A stretch of DNA of 64,000 nucleotides from Gekko japonicus (Eukaryota): assembly GCF_001447785.1 (NCBI RefSeq), contig NW_015174296.1, forward strand, positions 517,862 to 581,861. The letters are read 5' to 3'. The notes under the pieces are model-generated. The model made no database searches. It was not told the DNA's origin and saw nothing but the letters and a program-made list of their open reading frames with translations. Positions 11,833 to 24,900 of the stretch are shown here, piece by piece (position 1 is the first letter of the stretch; each line of letters begins with the position of its first letter). The position numbers were made by a program, and so were the translations under genes.

Positions 11833-12274
11833 CTATAATTGTTTCAAAGTTCCATAATGTTAATAGTTGGCAAGCAAATGAAACTGCGGTTGTTTTACAT
11901 CTTCCTAACTACCCCAGCAATATAAACATGGTTACTTTAGAAAATGAATGGCTCCTTGTTCACTGCCAAGATTTGCAACAGGAATGGTGACAGTGTGAAT
12001 GGAAGCACAGAGTCCTAAATTACTAATCCTTAGTCTGGCATGACCTATTTTGCTTTCCATCAGGCCAAGGGGTGAAGAATGAATTAGACTTACAATGCTA
12101 ATACACAAAGCACCCAAACACATTATCATTCTTAAAGAGGCAAAGATAGGGCACAAGTAATTCCCTTTAAAGGGGCATCATTAAGCACAAAATTAGGATA
12201 TGTGCACATATAATGGCAAATTGCTATTAATTGCACTCATTAATTAGATGCTACAATGTTTTCCTTTCTAAAAT

Positions 12275-12495
12275 GGAGCCAGTGTTTTGCAGTGGTTAGA
12301 CAGGCTAGCATCTGAAAGACCCAGGTTTGAATCCCCACTCTGCCATGGAAGCTTGCTGGGTGACCCTGGGTGAGTCACACACTCTCAGCCTAGCCTACCT
12401 CATAGGGTTGTTGTCAGGATAAAATTGAAGAGAGGAGAATGATGCAGTGTGCCACAGATCCCCATTAAAGAGAAATGAAGTAAATAAATAAATAC
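12275..12495 (+). mobile_element. tRNA/CORE-type squamate SINE (Squam3-like)
   Basis: A/B-box-like head (GCAGTGGTTAGA...GGTTTGAATCCC), CORE-like body and (TAAA)n tail. Confidence 0.8.
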
Positions 12496-12754
12496 AAAAC
12501 AATTTTAAGTACATAAAAAAGAAACATTACAAGATGTCACTTTACACATTTAGGTAGTTTGCACTGTTTCTCATGTCAAAATCCTAAAATATAATGCCAC
12601 CAAACATAATTTTGTACTAATATGATCATCTAATTCCATGGGCTTCAAAGTAGTGGACCCATTGATCTAGATTATTATTATAGCAAACATAAGCAAAAAA
12701 GAAAGAGGAAGAATAATAGATAAAGCAATACAGTCAGTCATAGAGAAAGGACAG

Positions 12755-13747
12755 ATGATAAAGTTCCTCATCAAAGGCTAAATAAGCTCAATAGTCACAG
12801 GATAAAAGGACAAGTCCTCTTGTGGATCAAAAACTGGCTAATTAATAGGAAACAAAGTGAGTATAAATGGGCAATTTTCTCAGTGGAGGGTGGTAAGTAG
12901 TGGGGTACTGCAGAGTTCAGTACTGGGTCCGATGCTTTTTAACTTGTTTATTAATAATTTGGAGTTGGGAGTAAGCAGTGAAGTGGCTAAATTTGCAGAT
13001 GACATGAAATTGTTCAGGGTGGTGAAAACCAGGGAGGATTGTGAGGCACTCCAAAGGGATCTGTCGAGGATAGGTGAGTGGGCGTCAACATAGCAAATGG
13101 GGTTCAGTGTGGCCAGGTGCAAAGTGATGCACATTGGGGCCAAAAANNNNNNNNNNNNNNNNNNNTACTATAAATACACGTTGATGGGGTCCTAACTGGC
13201 AGAGACACCAAGAAAGAGAAAGGTTAAAGCGCTTAGGGCTTTTCAGCTTGGAGAAATGACAACTGAGAGGTGACATGATCGAGGTTTACAAGATTATGCA
13301 TGGGATAGAGGAGGTAGAGAAATAAATACTTTTCTCCCTTTCTCACAATACATGAACTTGTGGGCAGTCAATGAAATTGCTGAGCAGTCAGGTTAGAACA
13401 GATAAAAGGAAGCACTTCTTCACCCAAAGAGTGATTAACACATGGAATTCTCGGCCACAGGAGGTGGTGGTGGCTACAAGCATGGACAGCTTCAAGAGGG
13501 AATTGGATAAACGTATGGATCAGTGGCTATTAGCCACAAGGTATAGATAGGAACTCTCAGTCTGGGGCAAGTGATGCTCTGTATTCTTGGTGTGTGGGGG
13601 GCAACAGTTGGAGGGTTTCTAGTGTCCTGGCCCCACTGCTGGACCTCCTGATGGCACCTGGTATTTTTGGCCACTGTGTGACAGAGTGTTGGACTGGATG
13701 GGCCATTGGCCTAATCCAACATTGGCTTCTCTGATGTTCTTATGTTT
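12755..13747 (+). mobile_element. CR1 LINE 3' fragment (RT and 3' UTR)
   Basis: V.SGV.Q.SVLGP.LFN.FIN..KFADD.KL is an RT motif. 3' tail GATGTTCTTATGTT. Homologous to 37998-38850. Confidence 0.9.
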
Positions 13748-13995
13748 TTGTCATATTGCTCCAGCAAAATTCCTCAGTTAGATTTGTGGTCTTGCCTAGC
13801 TTAATTATGTGAAGTGTTGAGTCTTGCCAGAGGTATATAAAAAAGCAAGCACTTTCAGGGAAAGTGCCTCAATATCTTCAGAATGTGATGTAGAAAGTAC
13901 TAAATCAAGTTATCAGAGTGTCCACTCTTTGTCCAACCCTCCATCAAAACTCCCATTCTTCTGTCTCAGATACATTATTCTTCTCATATCACTAT

Positions 13996-15007
13996 AATGG
14001 GATTGGGGCTCCCACTCCCGGCCTTCGATGGGGCGCCTCTGGTGCCAGCTTCGGAGGTTAGGAGTTTGGGAGTGCTCCTGGACCCCCCCCCCCTAAACGA
14101 TGGAGGCCCCGGTGGCAGCCACTGCCAAAGTAGCCTTCTACCATCTTCGGCTGGTGCGGCAGTTGGTTCCCTTCCTTAGCCGCGAAGACCTAGCCACAGT
14201 GATCCATGCGACGGTTACCTCAAGGCTGGACTACTGCAATGCTCTCTACATGCGGCTGCCTTTGTCACAAATTCGGAAGCTGCAGCTGGTGCAGAATGTG
14301 GCGGCCAGGCTGGTTGCTGGTGTCTCAAAGTGGGACCACATCCAGCCTGTGCTGAAAGCACTGCACTGGCTGCCTATAGTATTCCGGATCTGCTTCAAAG
14401 TGCTGGTGCTTACCTTTAAAGCCCTACATGGCCAGGGTCCGGCATACCTGAGGGACCGCCTTTCCCCATACAGGCCCCAAAGAGCACTTCGGTCGGGTTC
14501 TCAACACTGCCTCGTGACCCCGGGCCCAAAAGAGGCCAGGCTTGCTGCCGCAAGGGCTAGGTCCTTTTCAGTGGCGGCTCCTATCTGGTGGAACGAGCTC
14601 CCGGAAGAGATCAGGGCCCTGCGGGACCTATTACAGTTCCGCAGGGCCTGCAAGACGGAGCTCTTCCGCCAGGCTTTTGAATAGGAGCCGCCGCCACCAC
14701 TACTACTACCAACTGGGGCTGGCAAAGCAGTCCGCTGGATTAGGCTGATCGGCCATTGAACATCGGGGCCATAACACCCTCCTGGTCGGATTTAAATGGG
14801 ATGTGCAATAGGAGCGAGTGGTCAGTTGTGTTAGATCCTGGGCATTGCCCACTGTATTAACTGTTTTAAATTGTTTTAATTGTATTTTATCGCACTGCTG
14901 TGCCTTATTTATGTTTAATGGTGCATTGCACCTATATATTGTAAGCCGCCCTGAGCCCGCGTGCGGGGAGGGCGGGGTATAAATGAAATTAAATAAATAA
15001 ATAAATA
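13996..15007 (+). mobile_element. L2-clade LINE 3' fragment, relatively young
   Basis: Open 194-aa frame with TSRLDYCNALY, LQLVQNVAARL, LHWLPI and RSFSVAAP.WWN.LP. 3' stem TGTAAGCCGCCCTGAG...GGGCGG and (AAAT)n tail; CpG-rich. Confidence 0.9.
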
Positions 15008-15104
15008 TAAGTCTTGCAGAATTTCAAAATCACTTTCCAACATCCAGGGTCAGGTTTTGCCGTTTACACTACCCACTGAATGCTAAAACCAATTAATCTC
15101 ACTT

Positions 15105-15543
15105 CAGGAGTCCCCAGTGTGGCACCTATTAGCACCTTGGCACCCACTGACATCTCTTGTGGTGCCTGCCAAGTCTTTTTTTAAATGGGAGGGGCCAGTG
15201 GGACTTTTGCTCAGCCAGGCTTCTGATTGGCCATTGGAACTCTGATTGTCTGTACAGATTTTTTTTTAAAGTTGCTTTGGCAGCAGCTGCCACCACAGCA
15301 CAAAAATCTTCACTATGCGGCTGAAGGCAAGCTGTGAATATACAGGAAGAATACTTTGAAACAATGTATTAATTTTAAAACAGAGCTTCTGTCTGAAATC
15401 TTGAATAGTTACTATTAGTTACACGTGACCTCACTCCCTGACATTTTATGGTTGGCTTCACCTCTGACAGCAGTCATTTTTGTGGTTCCCTGTGTCAAAA
15501 GTTTCCAAGGTGCCCACAGACTGACAAAAGTTGGGAACCCCTG
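15105..15543. mobile_element. hAT (Charlie-like) non-autonomous DNA transposon
   Basis: Termini CAGGAGTCCCCA and TGGGAACCCCTG. Confidence 0.55.
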
Positions 15544-16616
15544 GTCTGCTGGTTCACTTCCTTCGGTGTGGTCCTCTGCTTTGTTGTCCAGTTCTTCAAG
15601 ATCCAAGTTTCTAAGGAATCTAGTTTAGGGACTTCTGCCAACACTGAGTTTCTTCCCCTTGTGCTGTGCATGACACTGTGCATCCTTTTCAAGTGTGTGT
15701 TTTCATAAGAGCTCATCTTCACACGAAAGACTTTTAAGGTCTTTCCGTACTAAATGACTGACTGGTAGGCACACATTCCCGTCAAACATATACTGAAGTC
15801 CAAGAGCACACAATCTCAGTTCTCTGGTTCTTTTTATCAACTTGAACATCTACTCAACATATACTTAATTGCCTTAGGAATTCCACCCAGTTCTCCCCAC
15901 AGCTTATCTTCCTCCTGCTCAACATCAAGGCTGATGCAGTCTTATTCACTGGCATATCCAGTACAGCCAGCTGCAGTGATTCAGAGGTTCTTAGGTGTCA
16001 TGACATTCATCATCTCTGTGATCTCTGATATCAGAATTTGTATGTATCTCGTATAGTTGTGATTTCTGAACATCTTCCTTCCAGCTCACCAGTCTCCTTA
16101 GCAGATTCTTCATGTGTCCAGGCCAGGCAAAATTTGTCTCACCTGGTGACTTCATCAAGGTGCTCTTCTGACCCCTAAAAGTAGAAACTGTACTTAGTAA
16201 CATGCTTCTAACTGATGTAGAATCCTCCCACATCCATATTTTTTCTTGGAACTAAATGCAGTGAATCTGGCTATTCTCTTGAGTACTATCAGGCATTGCT
16301 GTTTAAATCACAAAAACTACTGTGACAAAATTCTGCTAAATTCTGGTAAACAAACCAGATAGGAGAATCCCCCCCCCATATAATATATATAAGAATCCAA
16401 TTTTAGAGTGCCAAGATTCCATGCTCTCCCTCAGCCATTGGCCCGTCAGCCGCCACTCAAGAGTACTCGCATGCCATTGGCCGGGTGCTTGGTCTGCTCC
16501 TCTTGCCCGCCCACTCCCCCTTCAGCCTGTCAGAATTACTGGCAAACGGCTTTCTCGCTTCATGAAAACGCTTTTCCTGTGTGGGACTAACTGTTCCTTC
16601 AGTGGCTGTTGGTAGG

Positions 16617-17435
16617 TGTCATGAAATGGCAGTTACCTGTGTTGGTAAAATGGCTGTCGTTCTTTGTTTAAAATGTTCCCCCACAAGGTTTAATTGAGCT
16701 GTCGTTCCAGAGAGGGGCTTGCCAGGGGTATCACTCATTGGGTTGAATGGGGCTTCCTCATCTGCTGGTCTACAGTTCCCAGCTGCTCCAAGGCCAAAAA
16801 GTTCAGGAAAACAGGGACTGTCCCAAGGCAGTCTTCATCGCTGGGAGCAGCAGAAATTCAGCCACTCCATAGTCTGCTGGACTGGGGAATGAAGGGAATG
16901 AATGGAAGTTGCCCTGCTCTCTTGGGCAAGAGAGAGAGGCTGAAGTTCAGGTGAGCCCACAACCTCCAGAGGTAGAGAGTATTATGTGTAAGGAATGAGG
17001 ACTGCATTTAACCCCTGTTGATTTATGTCATGTTGGTTCATATTGTGTGCTTACTCCTACAGTGTGTGTGTGCTCCATACCTGTGTAAATAGTTAAATAC
17101 ATTCTTTTATTTGGGCTAATAATCTCTGTTGTGCTCTGACCACATAGTCCCCCCTGCTTTGCACAATACCAAAGAGAGGGGGTAGGACAGGGAAGCAAGG
17201 AAAGGCCAGACCCTTAGGTTGCCAACTTTCCAGGAATCCCCCAAAGACTGGGGATTCCATCTCCAAATAGGGTGATTCGGCCAGAGGGGTCTCACTGTCC
17301 CTCTAAAAAGGCAGTGACGATTCCATGAGTGGTGGCAGCAAACTTAAGGAGTGAGATACGCCCACGGGACGAGGTTGGGAGGCAAACAGCTGAGTTGTAA
17401 ACTGGAGCCTGTTTCGCCATAGCAGGGAACCAAGC
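16617..17435 (+). mobile_element. LTR-retrotransposon 5' LTR (16617-17328), primer-binding site and short leader
   Basis: Starts TGTCATGAAAT and ends ATTCCATGA (inverted termini, final CA missing). TGGTGGCAGC at 17330-17339 is complementary to the tRNA-Leu 3' end. It interrupts Helitron B. Confidence 0.7.
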
Positions 17436-18025
17436 TTGGTTCAGACAAAGGAAACCCTTTGCAGGCCTTTGTGAGGAACTCATTGAGGCCAGTCCTGACA
17501 AGAATTGCCAGCTCCAGGTAGGGAGATTCCTGGAGATTTTCTGGTAGAGTCTATGGAAGCCAGGCTTTGGGGAGTGTAGAGGCCTCAGCTGAACAGAATG
17601 CCATACAGCCCACCTTCCAGAGCAGTTATTTTCCCCGGGGGGGAGAGATCTGTTGTCTGGAGTTCAGTTGTGATGTCTGGAGTTCAGTTGTGATACCTGG
17701 TGATCTTCAGGCTCCACCTGGAGGTTGGCTGCCCTAGGCGTAGCAGTCAGTGCTTCAGAGCAGCGTCTGCTAGATCAAGGTTCTTGCTGTAGAAGTTGAG
17801 TGGTGATTTTGGACCAGTCACAGACTTTCAGCCTAACCTACCTCACAGGGTTGTTGTGCAAGTCAAAAAGGGGGAGAGGAAAATGATGTAAGCTACTGTG
17901 GTCCCCATTGCAGAGAAAGACTACTTTTCCTCCTGGGAAACTATTGTTGCCAATCTCCAGGTGAGAGCTGGAGATCACTCAGAATTACAACTGCTCTCCA
18001 GATGGCAGAGATCAGTTCCCCTGGA

Positions 18026-18472
18026 GAAAATGGTCGACTCTGTGGCAGTCAGGGCTTCAGAGCATGGAAAATGGTAGACTCTGTGGCAGTCAGGGCTTCA
18101 GAGCATGGAAAATGGTAGACTCTGTGGCAGTCAGGGCTTCAGAGCATGGAAAATGGTAGACTCTGTGGCAGTCAGGGCTTCAGAGCATGGAAAATGGTAG
18201 ACTCTGTGGCAGTCAGGGCTTCAGAGCATGGAAAATGGTAGACTCTGTGGCAGTCAGGGCTTCAGAGCATGGAAAATGGTAGACTCTGTGGCAGTCAGGG
18301 CTTCAGAGCATGGAAAATGGTAGACTCTGTGGCAGTCAGGGCTTCAGAGCATGGAAAATGGTAGACTCTGTGGCAGTCAGGGCTTCAGAGCATGGAAAAT
18401 GGTAGACTCTGTGGCAGTCAGGGCTTCAGAGCATGGAAAATGGTAGACTCTGTGGCAGTCAGGGCTTCAGAG
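18026..18472 (+). repeat. 41-bp minisatellite, about 11 near-identical copies
   Basis: Unit GGAAAATGGTAGACTCTGTGGCAGTCAGGGCTTCAGAGCAT; period 41 seen at 18063, 18104, 18145 ... 18432. Confidence 0.97.
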
Positions 18473-20451
18473 TGTGGAGCCCGGAGAGGGAGAGCTTTGA
18501 GGCGGGGTTGGACCTCAGACAGGTACAATGCCACCCTCCAAAGCAACCATTTCTTCCTGGGTAACAATAGTTGCCAATCTCCAGGTGAGGGCTGGAGATC
18601 ACTGAAAATTACAACTGCTTTTCAGGTAGCAGAGATCAGTTCCTCTGGAGAAAATGGTGGCCTCTGTGTCATTGTGTGTATGTGTATATGTCACAAAATA
18701 ACAATGCACATTTGAGATGGCTCTGCATTCATTGCCATTCATGTAACTGACAGGATGAACAGACAGATTCTCAAAACAAAGCTGGCCATCTTCTAGTCTG
18801 TAAACAAACTCACTGCTCAAGATATTTTCACCCGTAAGGAACTCCAATCATTTGTCATCTAAACCCATTAATACCAAGTGCCTTTTGTGTGTGTGTGTGT
18901 TATGACTCAGAGTGATTGTGCATGGTGCCAGCTCCCTCTAAGTGTACCTTTATTTCAGTTACCAACTGTCATGGTTGAGGGTCAGGGCTGTGGATGGCCT
19001 TTGTCAGTAGATAAGTTGGTCTAAAGATCTGGGAGGGAACCTGGGGAAATTAAGGGAATCCCCCCCCCCCCGAGGATTTGTTTCAGTTTTAGGAAGGACT
19101 GAAGAAACATCTTTGAAATATTTTCTGTTGGAATAAGTGAAGTGCTTTTAAAGAGAATTTGGTCACTGCCCTGTGGCAGAAGGGTTGCACCTAGCCTACC
19201 CGAGCCCCTTTGTCCAAGTTCAGGGAGGCACCTGGGGTGAGAGGCAATAAGTACAGTCCAAACACAGTCTGGGGTCAAAGCACAGATATTCAGAATCCAG
19301 CCATCAAACCAGAAGGCCAGATCCCAAGAGCATAATCCAGATTTCAGATTTTTCTTTAAACCTTGGGCTTCTCAGGTTTGTAGAAAGATCTATCTTGTCT
19401 GTTCATAGCTCCTTTCCCTGGATTTAAGTATCAACAGGTTTGGCCATGTTGTGAGTTAGGTATTCTGATGATGTATGTGATGATAATACATTATTGAAAA
19501 GTCCAATGTTTTCAGTGTTATAGAGTTTAAATTTATGTTCAAATATGCTCTCATATGACTATAAAACTCTTCTTGATTGTACAGCACACTTTCTTCTCTT
19601 CCTACAAAACATGTGTTTTCCATTTCCATTCCAACTTTTATTCTTCCCCCGCCTCTCAGATGACAAAAACAAAGTTAAATATGTTAGATAGCAGAGGGTA
19701 CAGCTGTTTGCAGGACTCTCTCTCTTTCTAAAGTGCTGGATTGATCAGCAATTTTGTTTGTAAAAACCTAAGACGTGCCCATTTAAATTTCCTAATATAT
19801 CCCAAATAGTACAAGTTTATATAAATTATAAATTATGCATTTTATGTTGTTAAAAGCAGTAAAATAAGCTTACACTTCATAAAAAGCATTGCATATATTT
19901 CAGTTCCCCCCCAAAAAAATATCTCCTGCTTTCCAAGGCTTTGCCACTAGCCGCATAAGCCTGCTTATGTGATAAGAGCAGGTGAAAGGCATTCAAAATG
20001 GGCAGTGCACCCTAGGCATAGCAAGGAAACCATATAGCGATTATGAGAGGCCAAATCAGTAACTGTCTGGGTGCTCCCATGGATCAGGGGAGATGAATGA
20101 GGAAAGGAGGATGGATGGAAAGAAGACTATTAGGAGACCTTGGGCTCTGCTGGGACTGGAGGAGGAAAAGCAGAGAACTCACATCATTGCAGCAGCAGAG
20201 GTTTTCTTGTTTGACCCTCTTTGGGTGGCTTCACACACTGCAAAGTCCCCATGGCTGCCATGAGGGCTTAGGATCATATGTTCTCCCAGGAAGTGATGTA
20301 GAGGTGCAAAGGATGCCAACAGATGCTAAGAGCAGGGAATCCCAGGCAGGGGGTCCTCCAGCCCCATTGGGGGAATACTTCCCAGGCATGCACAAGCCCA
20401 CTATGTATTGGTACTGTGGCCCATGTGGAGATGGGACTTCAGCCTTTCAGA

Positions 20452-21113
20452 GGCCCTGGTCATATGGGCCGGAAAATGCGGGGGGGAGCGTGGCTGTTTG
20501 CCCCGGAGGAAAATAACGCGCGGTTGCGCGATCAGACGTCCCTTGGAGGTCCCGTGGTTAGAGGGCAGGTGCCGATCACATGATGATCCTGCAGCACGGC
20601 AAAGAAGCTGTGCGGCACGATCACACCAGCAATCGCTAGGCACCGCTTCCGTGGCAAACGGGATGGATTTTTTTTTAAAACTGAAGTTTGTGCATACGCA
20701 TGACTGAGCAATCGTATCTTCACATCCAAAGGCGGGTGGTGGGCTTACCGGAGAGGGCGACAGACGCTTCCAGACCCCAACAGAGCTCCGAGGCATAGGC
20801 AATGGAGTGGGAGGTGGGCCCCCTCGTCACAGTCGCTCTAACCGCCTGCATGACAGTGGCCATAGCAACCCTCCAGAGGCGGCAAGCCTGGCTGCAGTGG
20901 GAGGGGGCCTCTTTGTGCGCATGCACCGTTGGGCGCTTGTGCGCATCCTGTGGAGACTTGGGGGAAAAAACCTGTTCGCGATGGGACATGGGCGGGTGCC
21001 GGATGCCATGGGATTCCACCGGAAACGCGATCAGGCGCCCGCCCTTGCCCCGCGGTTTCCGGAAACTAGTACCTCAGAGGTACTAGTGGCTAATGTTCTG
21101 TGTGACCGCAGCC
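20452..21113 (+). mobile_element. PIF/Harbinger-like MITE
   Basis: Termini GGCCCTGGTCATATGG and CTGTGTGACCGCAGCC; flanks AGA/AGG. Homologous to 55851-56374 and 49733-50157. Confidence 0.75.
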
Positions 21114-21258
21114 AGGGTATGCCATTTTTCTGACATGAAATGGCCCCAGGGAATCACTATTTGTTCTGCTGGGGAACTTATGTGTAATGATGGCTATAGG
21201 TAGGTTTACCCAGTGAGGCAAGCAGCTGTTCCCCAAAACTGTTAAATGTCAAGCAAAT

Positions 21259-21259
<1 letters not shown>

Positions 21260-21296
<37 letters not shown>
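21260..21296. repeat. (GT)n(GA)n microsatellite
   Basis: Read directly from the sequence. Confidence 0.95.
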
Positions 21297-22105
21297 CACT
21301 GAAGCCCCATCACTGTAACTGGGAAGCACAGAACTCCCACTGCACAGATATGATCCAAAGTCCTCATGGCAGCCGCAAAGACTTTGTAAGAGCCTTCTAG
21401 CCTCAGCAACTCAGGATCTGAGAAAACAGATTTGGGGATACCTCAAATATCTTTTCACCTACAGACTTCCAACTACTTGCATTTAAAATGCAAAATGAAG
21501 GATATACTGAAGAAATGTGAATCTTGTTTGAATACCAATAATTCAAGAAATAAATTAATGTAAACTGGATGGTATTTACAATATTTTAAAGTTCTGTAAT
21601 GATTGTGTTAAATGCTGTATGAGAATGTAATCTTTCTAGAATTTTTGCTAATGTATTTTTTTGGGAATTATTATCCACAAATAGGGTTGCCGATCTCCAG
21701 GTAATCAGTAAAACAGTAAATCATCGTGTACAATTAAACAATATTTGTTGGGTTTTATATGCAATGTTTAGAATTCAATTATTAACAAAATTACAACAAT
21801 AACACTACAATATGTGATATAAAGCTTAGCAGTACATACAGAGTAATACAGTACTAGTTACAGACAAACGATGGAGTTCTAGTACACTATCCGTTTGCGT
21901 GTCCTTTGTCAGGTTTGTCATTCTGTAATTATTTCTTCATTCGAATGAAGTGCTCTTCCCTCCCTCCCTCCTGTGCAGTATTTTCCCCTCTGTCTTCTTT
22001 CTTGCTGAGCAGCCCCTTTATCTATTTTATTCCTATTTGTCTGTGGCTGTCCTAACCAGTCACTTTAGAGATACAGAGATATAGAGATTGATATATGAAT
22101 ATAGA

Positions 22106-22772
22106 TGCTGGCCCAGCCCAGGGAACTGAGGGAAGAGACAAAATCACCTTCTTATATTCTGCTTTTAAAATGGCACATAAGAGGCTTTTGAAAGTTCAAA
22201 ATAAACATTTTATTTAACTTGCAGGAGAAAAGGTCAGGTGGATCAGGGGTAAAATGTATTAGGTGAACAGATAATAAAACTGAGGTAACTTTGTATTCAC
22301 ATAAACACCCAATAATTTGTTGCCAACAAGTAAGTGTTTCTGCTATTCAACAAGGTCTTTAAAACATTTGAGGAGAGAGGCTTTCTTTTCGGTTTCTGCT
22401 TAAACACTCAAGCAGAGGTTTCTAAGTTTCACCAACATGTGAAGTTTAGAAGGCAAGAACATAGAACCACATTCCCAAAATCCTTCTTTCTACACGGACC
22501 AGGGATCAATCCTCTTTTCCATAAGCTATTTCCCTTCTTAACTGGGCAGGGATCACTGCTGTTTGGCTTGAATGAGGATCGCCTTCAATCCACTCACTAC
22601 CTTGATCTCTTAACCTCCTTTCCAGTCCACAGTCAGTGCTTAACAGTCTCTTCTTCAACTGTCAGTCCCCAACTGTCATTCCTTAACTGACTCAACAGAA
22701 TTCTGTTCAAACAGTCTCTCACTCAAAGGTTCTCAGACTCTGTTAGGCACTAACCCTTGACAGTCTGTCACA
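22106..22772 (-). mobile_element. Probable solo LTR
   Basis: TG...TCACA ends; minus-strand AATAAA near 22210. 22560-22772 is homologous to 51460-51663. Confidence 0.55.
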
Positions 22773-24229
22773 GCAAGGAAAGAACAAGGGGCAATAATCT
22801 GTTCAAGAAGAAGATATAGCATAATTCTGCAAACCCGTGACTTCATGGTAGAAGAACTGCTTTCCACACAGAAGGTAATCCCAAGCATCTCGTTAAAAGG
22901 ACAGCGCAGTGGAACATCTTGGTCTGAGATCCTGGAGACCCCACTGCCACTCAGAGTAGAAAATATTCACCTTGATAGAGCAACAGTATATGGCAGTTTC
23001 ATGTGGTAATGAGTTTCTCAATAACAGAAATATGGAGATAGGAAGGAGGATTTGGATGGAAGTGCTGTGACTCTTTAGAATAAGGTGAATGGGATTTTAT
23101 AATAGAGGACAACTGTCTACAAAGCTGCATAAAGAATATTAATTCACATAACCAAACAGTGTCCCAGTGTAAATGAAAAGGTCTGTGCAGTCTAGGCTAA
23201 GATGAAAAAATGGAATGAGTGCTTCATCAGGGCCGCTTGCAACTGCACCCACATTTACTGGGCTCTTGCCCAATTTTGGCTGATTTGTGGTAGCACAGGA
23301 GGCTGAGTAGGACATATAGTTGAAGAAGTCATTCACTGTGTGTTCAAGACCACATGATCCACTCAGCCTCAAAGTCTGGATATCTCAGTGCGGGTATATG
23401 AATTGACACCTTAAATTAAATGCAGAATGTACAGTTACTTAGAGTGGGTATTATGCCATGGCTGTGGGTAGACACCAGCACAGCATAGATGTTAAGAATT
23501 GACTTCTTACAAATGTTTTGGATTTAGAAGGTAGGAAAGCTTTGAGATTCTTTGGGTTGCATCATGCATTATTTTGTTGTGGAAAGTACTTTCATGTAGA
23601 AAATGCATGCAACCTCCACATATTATACCTGACCATTCCACAATCTGTGCTATGGATATAGTACTGATTTTACCATGGACGATTATTAATGCACATGATT
23701 TTTTTTTTAAAGTAAGTTGATGGTTGTTTGAATTTTTGGTACTGTCTGGTATTTTAATTGTATTATTGAAACTTTTGTCATATTTTTGTAGCTGCCTTAG
23801 TTGACTATTGGCAAAGTGAGAAGATACAAATATTTTAGATGCTTTAAAATAAAATAAAATACAGGACACACACATGCAGTAAATTGCCATGTATAGCTAT
23901 CAGTCTACATGTACACTTCATCATTTTCCTCTCACAACACAGTGCTTTCCCTGTTTGTTTGTTTGTTTGTTTAATGCTTAAGGTATTACTTGGGTTCCCA
24001 AGTTCTTGGGTTGTGAGGACATGCACTGGGAGCAACTGCACGAATGACCACTCTTCTTTTGAGCACGGCGAGGAAGTTGGTCTCCTGAACACCCTACACA
24101 CTTTCAAAAATTCAGGCTGGGTGTTGGAAGCCGCTGTTGTCCTCTCCTTGCAAGCCCTTTCCCTCAGCCCCAGATGTTCAACTAGGCAGAAGGCGCTCTC
24201 TTCTTTTTGACGTGATATATGTTCCATCA

Positions 24230-24900
24230 AGGTCGAGCCGGCTCAACTTCAGCCCCAGGCCCTTCTCCTTATCGGGCGACGGTGCGTCTCCTCAACAGAT
24301 GAAAGGAGTGAGGCGGCCGCCCCGACTCTCTCCGCAAGGCCAGGCCGGGAAGACAGGAAGGGTGGCTTGAGTGAAGCGTCGCTGGGCGGGCCAGCAGCCG
24401 CGAGAGGCGGGCTAGAGGCCTCGCCAGCCCCAATCCCCGCCCCAGCTCCGTGAAATAAGAGAGCCGGGAGGGGCTGCCAAACCTCTCTCGCTCGCTCGCC
24501 CGCCCGCTCGCTCTCTTTCGCCGCCGCCGCCGCTGCCGCCGCCTCAGCGTCGCTGTCGGCCCGAACGCGGCCCGCAGGCCCCGGGCATCCTGGACAGCAG
24601 GTAGGGCAGCGCGAGGCGATGCTGCGGCTCAAAGCTGTGGGTTGGGCTCGGGAAGGCCGCGACAGGCGGATGCGCAGAGCGGGGCGCAGGGAGGACTCCA
24701 GCCGCTGCAGAAGGGGGAGGGGGCACCCGAGGATGGTTGAGTTGCAGTGCATCATGTGCATGTCTCTGCGCGCAAGGGAAGTGCGTGCATGTAAACAGAC
24801 GGGGTGTACGTTGGCCTGACACTCCATCCGTGAGGGTGGAAGGGAACCTCGCTGTGAGCTTCAGAGGGATATACCTTTTATTTCGTGCGTGGCTGCATGG
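24230..24900 (+). promoter_or_regulatory. MACIR: CpG island, promoter and non-coding exon 1 of MACIR
   Basis: The only non-repeat CpG-dense block. GC boxes (GGGCGG, CCCGCCC), an AT-rich TATA-like GAAATAAG near 24452, a (GCC)n tract near 24520-24543, and donor CAG|GTAGGG at 24600/24601. Confidence 0.75.

Larger units (their letters stand above)
16378..18670 (+). mobile_element. Helitron family B copy, 3'-truncated, interrupted by an LTR and a 41-bp tandem array
   Basis: 16390-16616 and 17440-18670 are colinear reverse complements of the copies at 44055-45617 and 57975-59440. Confidence 0.75.

Noticed and set aside
14100-14684. Domesticated or host gene
   Set aside because: It is the C-terminal part of L2 ORF2 in a 5'-truncated copy with its tail; openness is explained by young age.
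18026-18472. CRISPR-like array
   Set aside because: Units are contiguous and identical with no unique spacers; eukaryotic context and no cas genes.
24249-24827. 192-aa minus-strand ORF with poly-Ala
   Set aside because: Expected stop-poor frame in a CpG island with a GCC repeat; no homology recognised.
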